A DNA stretch of 64,000 nt from an uncultured Candidatus Micrarchaeota archaeon (GTDB lineage: Archaea > Micrarchaeota > Micrarchaeia > Anstonellales > Bilamarchaeaceae): NCBI GenBank assembly GCA_963723105.1, contig CAVRPK010000001.1:80543-144542 (forward strand), read 5' to 3'. Below the pieces are notes generated by a model, which saw nothing but the letters and a program-made list of their open reading frames with translations, ran no database searches and was not told where the DNA came from. The position numbers and the translations under genes are program-made. Positions within the stretch are counted from its first letter, which is position 1; the number at the start of each line of letters is the position of its first letter. Below, piece by piece: positions 52,051 to 60,873 of the stretch.

Positions 52051-52677
52051 ATGGGATTGTTTGTCATTGCACTGATTCTTGCCAGCATAAATATGGCATT
52101 TACAGTAAATCCGGATTTTATAGGAGTTCAGGATACAGGAAGCAAAAGCCTTCCAACAATGGATGTTGAGCTTAGCATTGATTGTGAAACCAAAGACCTG
52201 AGCGTAACAGCAACTTCTGAGGATGAACCTATTGATGGAGCATCCACTGTGATGTTTTATACTGATTATGGATACCAACCACTTCCAAATCCAGGAAAAA
52301 CGGGCAGCGATGGATCAGTAACTATGAGTGTTCCAGGAACAATAAACTTTCTCACAGGACTTTTCATATTAAGAGTTGACCATCAGGCATATCAGAGCAG
52401 AGAGATTGAATTTGCATATGAAAAATGCTTTGAAGATCCTCCACCTGTAGTAGAACCAGAGCCAATAGTTGAGGAGGAACCTGAAGAAGAGATAACACCT
52501 CCGGAAGAGACAGAAGAAACACTTCCTCCGGAAACTACCGAGCCGGAAATTAATGAAAGCGAACCGGAAGTGATTGTTGAACCGGTAGAAGTTCCTGATG
52601 AAACAGAAGAAAGCACTGCAGCATGTCCGATAGGAATTCTTTTGCTGTCAATGCTTGCAATTAGAGTGATAAGATGA
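52051..52677 (+). CDS. Secreted beta-sandwich-like protein with P/E linker and Cys-containing C-terminal anchor signal (paralog 2)
   Basis: Same architecture as 50735..51343, ending STAACPIGILLLSMLAIRVIR. Confidence 0.7.
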   Translation: MGLFVIALILASINMAFTVNPDFIGVQDTGSKSLPTMDVELSIDCETKDLSVTATSEDEPIDGASTVMFYTDYGYQPLPNPGKTGSDGSVTMSVPGTINFLTGLFILRVDHQAYQSREIEFAYEKCFEDPPPVVEPEPIVEEEPEEEITPPEETEETLPPETTEPEINESEPEVIVEPVEVPDETEESTAACPIGILLLSMLAIRVIR

Positions 52678-53273
52678 AAGTTTTACTTGCATTATTATTG
52701 ATTTTTGGAATGAGCTATGCAGCCATGCTCATGACATTCGATGTGGAAATAGAAAATACATGTGATGAGGAAACTGAAGTAACGCGCGTTACCGTTACTA
52801 GCGGCAGTAGTAACCCAGTAGAAAACGCATATGTGAAAGTTGAAGACATTGATCCATGGAAGCAAAAAACAAGTGGAATAGTAGATAGTGATGGAGTATT
52901 TGAATTCGAAGGATGTGGAGATACTTGGAATGTTACTGTAAGCTATGGTGGATATGAAACAACAATAGAAACTGTTGAACTTGGTAGTTGCGGCAGTTGT
53001 GTTGCTGTGCCAGAGCCCGAGCCTGAAGAAAATGAAACAGAAGCAGATCCACCTCCAGTTGAACCTCCAGAAGAAGAGACAACAACTCCTCCAGTAGTAG
53101 ATCCTCCAGAAGTAACCAAGCCAACAACACCCCCAGTACCAGAACTATATGAAACAGATGATGAAGAACCTGAAGAAGAAACAATAAATGAGAAAAAGCC
53201 ACTTCCATGTTGCGCATCAACTACAATTCTTTTGGGCTTAGTTGGACTTTTTGCAATTAGGTTGAAAGCATGA
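52674..53273 (+). CDS. Secreted beta-sandwich-like protein with P/E/T linker and Cys-containing C-terminal anchor signal (paralog 3)
   Basis: Same architecture, ending KPLPCCASTTILLGLVGLFAIRLKA. A 4-nt overlap joins it to the previous gene. Confidence 0.7.
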   Translation: MKVLLALLLIFGMSYAAMLMTFDVEIENTCDEETEVTRVTVTSGSSNPVENAYVKVEDIDPWKQKTSGIVDSDGVFEFEGCGDTWNVTVSYGGYETTIETVELGSCGSCVAVPEPEPEENETEADPPPVEPPEEETTTPPVVDPPEVTKPTTPPVPELYETDDEEPEEETINEKKPLPCCASTTILLGLVGLFAIRLKA

Positions 53274-54667
53274 GAAGCGAAGAGGATTTCATAGGAAAGA
53301 TAGAAGTTCCAGATAATGCATATTATGGGATTTTCACAGTTAGGGCAGATAAAAATTTCAAATTAAGCAGCAGCAAAGTACACATGGAATTGATCAGGGC
53401 AGTTATCTTGATCAAAAAATGTGCAGCACTTGCTAATATGGAACTTCAAAGATTGCCAAAAAAAGAAGGAGATGCAATAGTCCAGGCAGCAGAAGAAGCA
53501 CTCGCAGGGAAATTTGATGAAGAATTTATCCTCGATGCATTTCAAGCCGGGGCAGGAACACCACTTCACATGAATGTAAATGAAGTTCTAGCAAACAGAG
53601 CAGAAGAAATTCTTGGCGGAGAACTTGGAAAGTACAGGATAATTCATCCGAACAATCATGTGAATATGTCGCAGAGTTCTAACAACGTAGTTCCTTCAGC
53701 AGTAAGAATTGCTGCAATAAAACTGTCAAAACCTTTGATTGAAGAAGCAAAAGCATTGCAAAAATCTTTTGAGAAAAAAGAAGCGAAATATTCTAAAACA
53801 ATAAAAATTGGAAGAACCCATCTCCAGGATGCTGTTCCAATTACTTATGGCCAGACTTTTGCAGCATGGGCAAGTGCTCTTGAAAAAGATATCAAATCAC
53901 TTGAATCTTCAGCAAAAGGACTGCGAGAGCTTGGAATTGGAGGAACTGCCGTAGGCTCAGGAATAACAGCACACCCAAAATTCAGAGAAAAGATAATTGA
54001 ATTTTTGAACAAAGACGTAAATGTGGTCATGGCAAAAGATGCAATTGAATTGACCCAAAATATGAATGATCTTCTGGAATTTTCTGCATCAATGAGAAGA
54101 TATGCTTCAACGATTTCAAGAATTGCAAATGATCTTCGCCTTCTTTCTTCAGGACCAAAGGCAGCAATTGCAGAAGTTATATTGCCAGAGGTTGAACCTG
54201 GCTCATCCATTATGCCTGGAAAAGTAAATCCATCTGTTCCAGAAGCAGTAAACATGGTCAGCTTTCAGGTAGTTGCAAATGACCTGGCAGTAATGCTTGG
54301 AGCGCAATCAGGACAGCTAGAGCTGAATTTCTGCGCGCCGCTGATTGCACACAATATTATCCAAAGCGAGGAACTTCTTACTAATTGCAACAAAATGTTC
54401 GCAGAATGCATTGATGGAACTAAAATTGACGAGAAGAAAACCAAAGAAAATTTCGACAAAACATTTGGCTATGCAACTGCACTCAACCCATATTTAGGAT
54501 ATTCTCGGGTTTCAAAGCTTGTCAGCGAAGCGTACCGTATGGGGGTAACACTTAAAGAGCTTGTTATTCAAAAAGGAATAATGAGCAATGAGGATCTTGA
54601 GCAGATTATCGCCACTGCAAATGGCCCATCTGAGATTGATCCAAAAATCAAAGAGCGAATAAAATGA
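53270..54667 (+). CDS. Class II fumarate hydratase / aspartate ammonia-lyase family lyase
   Basis: GSSIMPGKVNPSVPEAV (signature GSSxMPxKxN), HPNNHVNMSQSSNN and GRTHLQDAVP. Motif details are mixed between FumC-like and AspA-like, so the substrate is not assigned. Confidence 0.85.
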   Translation: MRSEEDFIGKIEVPDNAYYGIFTVRADKNFKLSSSKVHMELIRAVILIKKCAALANMELQRLPKKEGDAIVQAAEEALAGKFDEEFILDAFQAGAGTPLHMNVNEVLANRAEEILGGELGKYRIIHPNNHVNMSQSSNNVVPSAVRIAAIKLSKPLIEEAKALQKSFEKKEAKYSKTIKIGRTHLQDAVPITYGQTFAAWASALEKDIKSLESSAKGLRELGIGGTAVGSGITAHPKFREKIIEFLNKDVNVVMAKDAIELTQNMNDLLEFSASMRRYASTISRIANDLRLLSSGPKAAIAEVILPEVEPGSSIMPGKVNPSVPEAVNMVSFQVVANDLAVMLGAQSGQLELNFCAPLIAHNIIQSEELLTNCNKMFAECIDGTKIDEKKTKENFDKTFGYATALNPYLGYSRVSKLVSEAYRMGVTLKELVIQKGIMSNEDLEQIIATANGPSEIDPKIKERIK

Positions 54668-55389
54668 CAGATGTAAAGGAAAGTGAAGGATTCAAGAGCC
54701 TCTCCGAGCTTTTTGTCAAATTCAAAGAGTTTCATTTTGATCTTGCGAGAAAGGTTGATTATCCAAGCATTCCAAAATGGATAGATTTTGCTGATAATAA
54801 AGTTGAAAAAGTTCTTGATGAAGAAAAAAGCATAGTGGACAACATCAAAGATATGTATATCATTTACATTCTTTGGACAGCTCTTTCAATTATTGGTCTA
54901 TGGTATATGTGGGCAATATATGGAGCAATATTTGGAACGATATTCCTAGCAGTGTTCCTAAATCCACTTGCAGTAATAGTCGTGGCAATTATCATCATCA
55001 TGCTTTTATTATCTCCAGTAATTGGATTATTGTGGAACAGCTCGCTCTACTATATAGTTGCCAGAGCTTTAGGTGGAAAAGGATCTTTTAGAAAAACAAT
55101 GTCAATACTGGTAAATTCAACTGGTGCCTCCATGATCCTCTCTGCAGGAGTACTATTATCATATGCAATAATCATAGGATTTTTCATATCTCCTTTGATA
55201 TATGCAGTATTGTTCTATGTGGTTTATTTGCAATACAAGGGAATCAAACATGTGCATAAACTCAGCAGAAACAGATCAATCGGGGTAATTGTAGGAAGTA
55301 TTATCGTGAGCTTTGCGCTTCAATTCGTGTTGATAATTGGAGCATATCTTGGCTTCATGGCATTTATGATGGGTGTAATATATGTCTGA
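54664..55389 (+). CDS. Multi-pass membrane protein, Yip1/DUF1282-like (tandem paralog 1)
   Basis: 241 aa with about 5 TM segments. It shares YxVAxxLGGKG and YLxYxxxKxVHKLSxxR blocks with the next gene. Confidence 0.5.
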   Translation: MTDVKESEGFKSLSELFVKFKEFHFDLARKVDYPSIPKWIDFADNKVEKVLDEEKSIVDNIKDMYIIYILWTALSIIGLWYMWAIYGAIFGTIFLAVFLNPLAVIVVAIIIIMLLLSPVIGLLWNSSLYYIVARALGGKGSFRKTMSILVNSTGASMILSAGVLLSYAIIIGFFISPLIYAVLFYVVYLQYKGIKHVHKLSRNRSIGVIVGSIIVSFALQFVLIIGAYLGFMAFMMGVIYV

Positions 55390-56137
55390 TCTCGATAAAT
55401 ATGTGAACAAATATACGGAATATGTTGACAAGGTAGCAGAATTCATCCCATACAAAGGTACAAAAGTTTGGAGGGAATTTTTCTTTAATCCAACCAAAAC
55501 AGTCACTGGAAACATTGGCGGAATTGGAAATCGTGTAAAGGATCTTTATGTGATGCAGGTAATTGGACTTGTAATTGGTCTGCTTGCATTGATCCCATAC
55601 GTTCTCATCTATGGAGCCACATTAGTATCAAATCCGATTGCAGGAGGTTTTGGAATAGGACTTATAGTTGGTTTGATGGTACTATTCTTCATCCTAGGAC
55701 CAATTATCTCACTCCTGTATTCAATGATTGAATATGCAGTAGCAAAGATTCTTGGTGGAAAGGCAGAAGCCACAGCCCATGTCAATGCATCGATCCTGCC
55801 AACTCTGGCAACATTCTTGATCGTGCTTCCGCTCAGTATTTTAATTATTCCAATAAGATGGCTGGCCATTATCCCGCTAGTAAGCTGCTGCGTTGCAATA
55901 ATTACCCTTCCAGTATCACTCGCAACTATGTTTGTGAATCTTTATGGGATATACCTCAAATATCTTGCATTTAAAGAGGTTCATAAGCTCACAGCCATAA
56001 GAACAATTGCAGTAATATTTGCTCCAATAATAATTCTCATTGGACTAATTATTGCAGCATACTTCGTTTTCGCTGCAGCAATTATTGGTGGTGGGCTTGG
56101 GAGTTCTCTTTTGCAATCCGGAGCATTAACTGGATAA
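55382..56137 (+). CDS. Multi-pass membrane protein, Yip1/DUF1282-like (tandem paralog 2)
   Basis: 251 aa, overlapping the previous gene by 8 nt and sharing conserved blocks with it. Confidence 0.5.
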   Translation: MSDLDKYVNKYTEYVDKVAEFIPYKGTKVWREFFFNPTKTVTGNIGGIGNRVKDLYVMQVIGLVIGLLALIPYVLIYGATLVSNPIAGGFGIGLIVGLMVLFFILGPIISLLYSMIEYAVAKILGGKAEATAHVNASILPTLATFLIVLPLSILIIPIRWLAIIPLVSCCVAIITLPVSLATMFVNLYGIYLKYLAFKEVHKLTAIRTIAVIFAPIIILIGLIIAAYFVFAAAIIGGGLGSSLLQSGALTG

Positions 56138-57247
56138 GTCTTTGATATAAGCGTGGATTTTTCCCACCACTTTTTTATCAAAAGCATCTGGAACTATTTT
56201 TTCTTTTGTTGGACTTCCTACAGAATCAGCAATGGCCTTTGCAGCTGCAATTTTCATTTCATTGGTTATTTTTCTAATTCGAAGATCCAGCAGCGCTTTT
56301 AGAAAACCAGGAAAACAAAGTGAGTTATTGATCTGGTTTGGATAGTCGCTTCTTCCAGTTCCAAAAACATCGATTTCAAGTTCTTTTGCCTGCTCAAGTG
56401 AAATTTCAGAAATAGGATTTGAGAGGGCAAAAACAATATTTGGCTTGTTCATTGATTTTATAGTTTCAAGAGGCAGTGAACCTGGCATAGCAGCTGAAAT
56501 GATAACATCTGCCCCACTAAACGCGTTAATTTTGCCAGAGAAATTAGAAGAATTGAGATTTGCAAGCTCAAGCTTGTGTTCACTAAGATTATCCCGAGTC
56601 TTGTGGATTGCACTCTTGCTGTCAAATACAACTAAATCAGTGAACCCAGCTGCATGAAACAATTTTGCAATTGCATATCCAGCACTTCCAGCTCCTATAA
56701 TTCCTATTTTGACCTGCGACTTTCCAACTACTTTAAGTGCATTGTAAAGGCCGGCTAGAGCAACTGTTGCTGTTCCGTGCTGATCATCATGGAAAACAGG
56801 TATATCAAGAGCTTCGGTAAGTCTTTTTTCAATTCTGAAAACCTTGGGAGTTTCTATATCCTCAAGATTGATTGCACCAAAAGTAGGGGCAATTGCTTTT
56901 ACTGCACTCACTATCTCGTCCTCATCCTTGGTGCCAAGGCAAATGGGAATTGCATCAATACCTGCAAACTGCTGCATGATTAATGCCTTTCCTTCCATAA
57001 CAGGAAGTGCTGCCTCAGGGCCGATGTCGCCAAGGCCAAGAACACGGGTTCCATCAGTGACTATTGCAACAGTATTTCCCTTGAAAGTATAATCATATGC
57101 AAGTTCCTTGTCCTTTGCAATTTCAAGGCAAGGCTCCGCAACTCCTGGAGTATAAAGAGTAGAGAGATCCTCGATGGTTTTGAGCTCTGCCTTTGGCCCG
57201 ATAAAAATTTTCCCCCGAAGTTTCCTGTGAATTTCAATAGGATCCAT
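56126..57247 (-). CDS. NAD(P)-dependent malic enzyme (short form)
   Basis: LYTPGVAEPC, VAIVTDGTRVLGLGDIGPEAALPVMEGKA and IIGAGSAGYAIA. Confidence 0.9.
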   Translation of the reverse strand: MDPIEIHRKLRGKIFIGPKAELKTIEDLSTLYTPGVAEPCLEIAKDKELAYDYTFKGNTVAIVTDGTRVLGLGDIGPEAALPVMEGKALIMQQFAGIDAIPICLGTKDEDEIVSAVKAIAPTFGAINLEDIETPKVFRIEKRLTEALDIPVFHDDQHGTATVALAGLYNALKVVGKSQVKIGIIGAGSAGYAIAKLFHAAGFTDLVVFDSKSAIHKTRDNLSEHKLELANLNSSNFSGKINAFSGADVIISAAMPGSLPLETIKSMNKPNIVFALSNPISEISLEQAKELEIDVFGTGRSDYPNQINNSLCFPGFLKALLDLRIRKITNEMKIAAAKAIADSVGSPTKEKIVPDAFDKKVVGKIHAYIKDLSS

Positions 57248-57250
57248 AAT

Positions 57251-58717
57251 CTAACCCAAAAAGTTTCTCTTCCAGGAAGCTTCTCGAATGCCTTCCATCA
57301 GCATGGCTTGGTTTCCGGATTTGAAATTTTCGTAAATCCTGGTAGTGATTTCACGATATTCCTCATCAGGTTCAAAATCAATCCAGCCTAGAACCTTTGA
57401 AATTCCATCCTGGACATTCTTTGGCATCAGGCCAAGATTGGTTTTGTTAAGGTAGTGTGCAGCATCCTGAAGATCCTCGTCAAGCTTAACATACATGCTT
57501 TGCAGCTGGTCAAACTCTTTTTCATTTAATGCAGAAAGGCCAAGCAGTTCTGCTGGAATTCCAATAGAGTAGAAAGCAGCACAGAATTTGATTGCACGCG
57601 GAAGCTTTATTCCTTTGAGAGATCTTGAATAACCAAATAATCCAATATGTAGTTTTCTCGCTCTTCGGTTTGGAACAAATGCAGAAATTGCATTGATCAG
57701 ATCAGCCATTTCTTTTATCTGATCCTGATATACCACACGCATTTTTTCTATGAGTGCAAGTGCATTCTCCTCATCAATATCAAGAGGAGCTGACCTGTGC
57801 CTATGATTGATCATGTCGATGGCATTTGCAACATCCCTGAAAGGATGATCATATTTGAATGAGGATTGCATAGAAAATGTTTGGACACTTGGGTATTCCT
57901 CTCCGCAGTTGTTGACTTTATTAGGAGTGAAGTTTCCGCGGAAGGGGGAGCCTCCAACTCCTAATATTGGAAGAATGGGCGTACTTGTTTTTTCCTCAAG
58001 ATTGTGTAATCGTTGAAGGGCAATTTTTGATAGCAGAACTGCACTTGCAGAGCCATAATTAAGTGCAGGATCACTTCGAGCAAGGAAAACTCTCTGATAT
58101 TCCAGAGATTTACCTTCGAGATATTTCTCCATGATCACATCGCATTTTGAAAGTGAATCTAAATCCTCAAAAAGTGGAATTACATTGATTTTCTCAGGCT
58201 GAAAATCACCAACCCATTCTTTTACTGATATTTGCTCATTTCCAAGTTTGGTTTCTTTTTTGCCAATAATGATCTGCTCATAATAATTCCTCACCCTCTC
58301 AAGCTCAAGATGAGAAGTCGTCATTGGCAAAATAACTTCAAAAATTGGAGCGTTATCAAATCCAGCTGCTTTTGCAACATCAAATGCTCGAGGGATACTG
58401 TGCAGGGTCTCAAGCAAAATCTTTCCCTGGTCTTTTTCAACTGAGGGGTTTGGAACACGATATGTGAGGTAAAAATCCTTTCCTATTGGTTTTTTGGAGA
58501 AAAAACCCATGTGTTTCGACAAGAGTTTCTCCACGACCTGATTGTCTACTGCTTTTCCTTCGCTGTCCCACATCTGCTCAGTGCAGCCGAGCTGTGAAAA
58601 TACAAAAAAAGCCTCTTTTACTTCAGTCTCACCGGCAAGAACATCTGAATCAGAAAAAAATGGCGAAAAAACGTTATCCGGATGTTGAGTACTCATACAT
58701 TTAGGAACTTCTCTCAT
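57251..58717 (-). CDS. ppcA: Archaeal-type phosphoenolpyruvate carboxylase
   Basis: The N-terminus MREVPKCMSTQHPDNV is typical of archaeal PpcA, and the ~490-aa length fits. The start could also be 58735. Confidence 0.85.
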   Translation of the reverse strand: MREVPKCMSTQHPDNVFSPFFSDSDVLAGETEVKEAFFVFSQLGCTEQMWDSEGKAVDNQVVEKLLSKHMGFFSKKPIGKDFYLTYRVPNPSVEKDQGKILLETLHSIPRAFDVAKAAGFDNAPIFEVILPMTTSHLELERVRNYYEQIIIGKKETKLGNEQISVKEWVGDFQPEKINVIPLFEDLDSLSKCDVIMEKYLEGKSLEYQRVFLARSDPALNYGSASAVLLSKIALQRLHNLEEKTSTPILPILGVGGSPFRGNFTPNKVNNCGEEYPSVQTFSMQSSFKYDHPFRDVANAIDMINHRHRSAPLDIDEENALALIEKMRVVYQDQIKEMADLINAISAFVPNRRARKLHIGLFGYSRSLKGIKLPRAIKFCAAFYSIGIPAELLGLSALNEKEFDQLQSMYVKLDEDLQDAAHYLNKTNLGLMPKNVQDGISKVLGWIDFEPDEEYREITTRIYENFKSGNQAMLMEGIREASWKRNFLG

Positions 58718-58781
58718 AAAATGTCTCCGAACCACATCTAAGTGTTCACTTTAAATAATTTACTTCCGTGAAGGTTTTAAG

Positions 58782-59537
58782 GTGAGGGGTTTGATAGAAA
58801 GTCTCAAAAGATCATTTAATGTAGTTTCAAAACAGCCATTTTTATTTGTCTGGAGTTCGTTATTATACGTATTCATGTTTCTTTTGTTTAGTTTGGCTGC
58901 AATAGGATTGTTTTTGTTGTATTTCCTGTTCTTGTCCATTTTCGGACAGGAGTTAAACTTTGAATCAATTGCAACAATGGGAGTTATTGGAATAATTGGG
59001 GTTCTGGTTGTTTTCTTCATAAATGGATTGAATATGGCACTTTCAATGGCATATCACTCTGGGATTAAACGAGAAAAAATAAGCCTTACAAAATTCTATT
59101 CTTATGCAGTTGACAGAGCACCAACATCTCTTGGGATTTTACTTATCCGAGAACTGCTATGGCTCCTTCTGGTTGGTCCATTTATTGCTCTTTACATAGT
59201 ATATCTTGAGCCATACCAGTACATGGATGCACTTCTTGCAGTATATGCAATTTTCACGACTTTCATCATACATATGCTATTTACACCATCATTCATCCTA
59301 GCAGGATCATTTGGAACAAGCATATACAGCTCAATGAGATTGGGCTTTGAATTTCTAAGAAAAAGACATGTGTTCTTCATAGGACAGTATATATTGTTTG
59401 CATTTGTATGGCTTATGAACTTCATACCATTCATACAAATTGCAACGATATTCTTCGCCTACCCATTATCATACACGTCAATGATATTCATGATCAAAAA
59501 TGCAGTGAAAATACCTACAGATGGAGATGACGACTAA
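58782..59537 (+). CDS. Multi-pass membrane protein, unknown family
   Basis: 251 aa with about 6 TM segments. It has a GTG start and no upstream in-frame ATG. TTTAAATAATTT lies ~27 nt upstream. Confidence 0.5.
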   Translation: MRGLIESLKRSFNVVSKQPFLFVWSSLLYVFMFLLFSLAAIGLFLLYFLFLSIFGQELNFESIATMGVIGIIGVLVVFFINGLNMALSMAYHSGIKREKISLTKFYSYAVDRAPTSLGILLIRELLWLLLVGPFIALYIVYLEPYQYMDALLAVYAIFTTFIIHMLFTPSFILAGSFGTSIYSSMRLGFEFLRKRHVFFIGQYILFAFVWLMNFIPFIQIATIFFAYPLSYTSMIFMIKNAVKIPTDGDDD

Positions 59538-59845
59538 TGGACAGAGTATATGAAAGTGAAATTTCAAAAAAAGCCGAAATTACAAAGATTCTGGAGGCAG
59601 ACCCATATGCAGAAGATGCTTTTGCCAGAGTTGGTTATAAGATGAAGGATGGCACTGCTGTTGGAGAAGATAAGGAAAAAATCTACATTTATGTCAGTGC
59701 ATCTGAAGAGTTCATCAAAAAAGCAGATGAAAAACTGGGCGATCTGGCCAAGCCTGCATCAGATGATCTTGCAAAGAGAGTAATCAAAAAAATAGAGGAA
59801 GAAGAAAGCACGGTTGCTGCTGGCGTAAGCATGTTCGGTGATTAA
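59537..59845 (+). CDS. Small acidic protein with ribosomal-stalk-like C-terminal peptide
   Basis: 102 aa ending KKIEEEESTVAAGVSMFGD. The N-terminal ~85 aa do not resemble the aP1 dimerisation domain. Confidence 0.55.
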   Translation: MDRVYESEISKKAEITKILEADPYAEDAFARVGYKMKDGTAVGEDKEKIYIYVSASEEFIKKADEKLGDLAKPASDDLAKRVIKKIEEEESTVAAGVSMFGD

Positions 59846-59854
59846 ATAGTAAAT

Positions 59855-60355
59855 TTGAATTCATTAAGCGATATCGAATTCTGTAAATGGCACATAAAAA
59901 AATGGGAAAAGAAAAAAACCAAATTGAAGATTTATCCTGAACTCAGTCTGACAGAAGGTGAAAAGGTGATTGCTGGCCCTTTGCCAGTTTTTATTAAAAA
60001 AAATCCTTCAAACAAAACATCTGCTATGAATAGGTATGGATATACCTATAGTGCTACTGACACCATAGTGACGAATAAAAGAATTGCTTTGGGATATGTT
60101 GCAATACTATCAGGAAAAGAAGTCTTTGGAGAGCACAATTATTGGTTTCCACAGATTAAAGAGATTCCAAAAACCAAATCAAAAATAGGAATACTGGGAA
60201 AAGTCATAGTTAGAGATATTATATTAGACAAAATAGAGGTTGGAAAGGATATGTATGGAGAATTTGTTAGGGCAGAGTTCAAATACTCGCTATCAAAAAA
60301 CGAGACTTTCATTTATTTCCAATCCCGCAAGGTTAAGGATTTAATCTTTCTCTGA
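59855..60355 (+). CDS. Hypothetical protein, bacterial-PH (bPH/DUF304)-like
   Basis: LTEGEKVIAG...TIVTNKRIALGY pattern. It has a TTG start and no early ATG. It is probably coding, because the region would otherwise be a 500-nt gap in a very compact genome. Confidence 0.45.
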   Translation: MNSLSDIEFCKWHIKKWEKKKTKLKIYPELSLTEGEKVIAGPLPVFIKKNPSNKTSAMNRYGYTYSATDTIVTNKRIALGYVAILSGKEVFGEHNYWFPQIKEIPKTKSKIGILGKVIVRDIILDKIEVGKDMYGEFVRAEFKYSLSKNETFIYFQSRKVKDLIFL

Positions 60356-60366
60356 TTTTACAGTTT

Positions 60367-60873
60367 ATGGAAGAAAAAAAAGGACTCGCCTCAAGAGGCG
60401 TTCCATCATCAGAATCCATTTACCTGCCACGCCATGACAGTCCTGAGCTTAGAACTTTCCAAGATAAGCATGAGGGAATCACCAGAAATGCATGGTCACT
60501 TGAGGAAGTTGCTAATTTCGTATTTTCAAAAAAATACCAGCCAAAATATTTTGAGATTGCACTTGGATTTTTGACACTTTTAAGTAAAGAGATCAGCATT
60601 GGTGGAGAAGAGATTTCAGAATATGTAAAAAGCAATGGCATCTCCAAAGCAACCTTCTACAATAGGGTTTTGCCAAGACTCAAACGCGTTGGTATGGTAA
60701 AAGTTGAGCGAGAGACACTAGTTAATATTGAGAGTAAAAGAAAATACAGACCAATGAGGATATCTCTAAGCAAAACATTTGGAAACTACTTTATGAAAAT
60801 TGGAGATTCCTGGCTTGCAATAGTAGATGATGCAAGAAGTAAAAAAGAAAAAAAAGAACAGACTAAACTCTAG
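60367..60873 (+). CDS. Winged-HTH DNA-binding protein
   Basis: EEISEYVKSNGISKATFYNRVLPRLKRVGMVKVER and a K/E-rich tail. Confidence 0.55.
   Translation: MEEKKGLASRGVPSSESIYLPRHDSPELRTFQDKHEGITRNAWSLEEVANFVFSKKYQPKYFEIALGFLTLLSKEISIGGEEISEYVKSNGISKATFYNRVLPRLKRVGMVKVERETLVNIESKRKYRPMRISLSKTFGNYFMKIGDSWLAIVDDARSKKEKKEQTKL

Noticed and set aside
51130-53200. Periodic GAA/CCA/GAG-rich segments (about 51130-51280, 52440-52620, 53010-53200), checked as a possible CRISPR-like or tandem DNA repeat.
   Set aside because: They are the coding sequences of the Pro/Glu linkers in three paralogous proteins. There are no conserved direct repeats with unique spacers.
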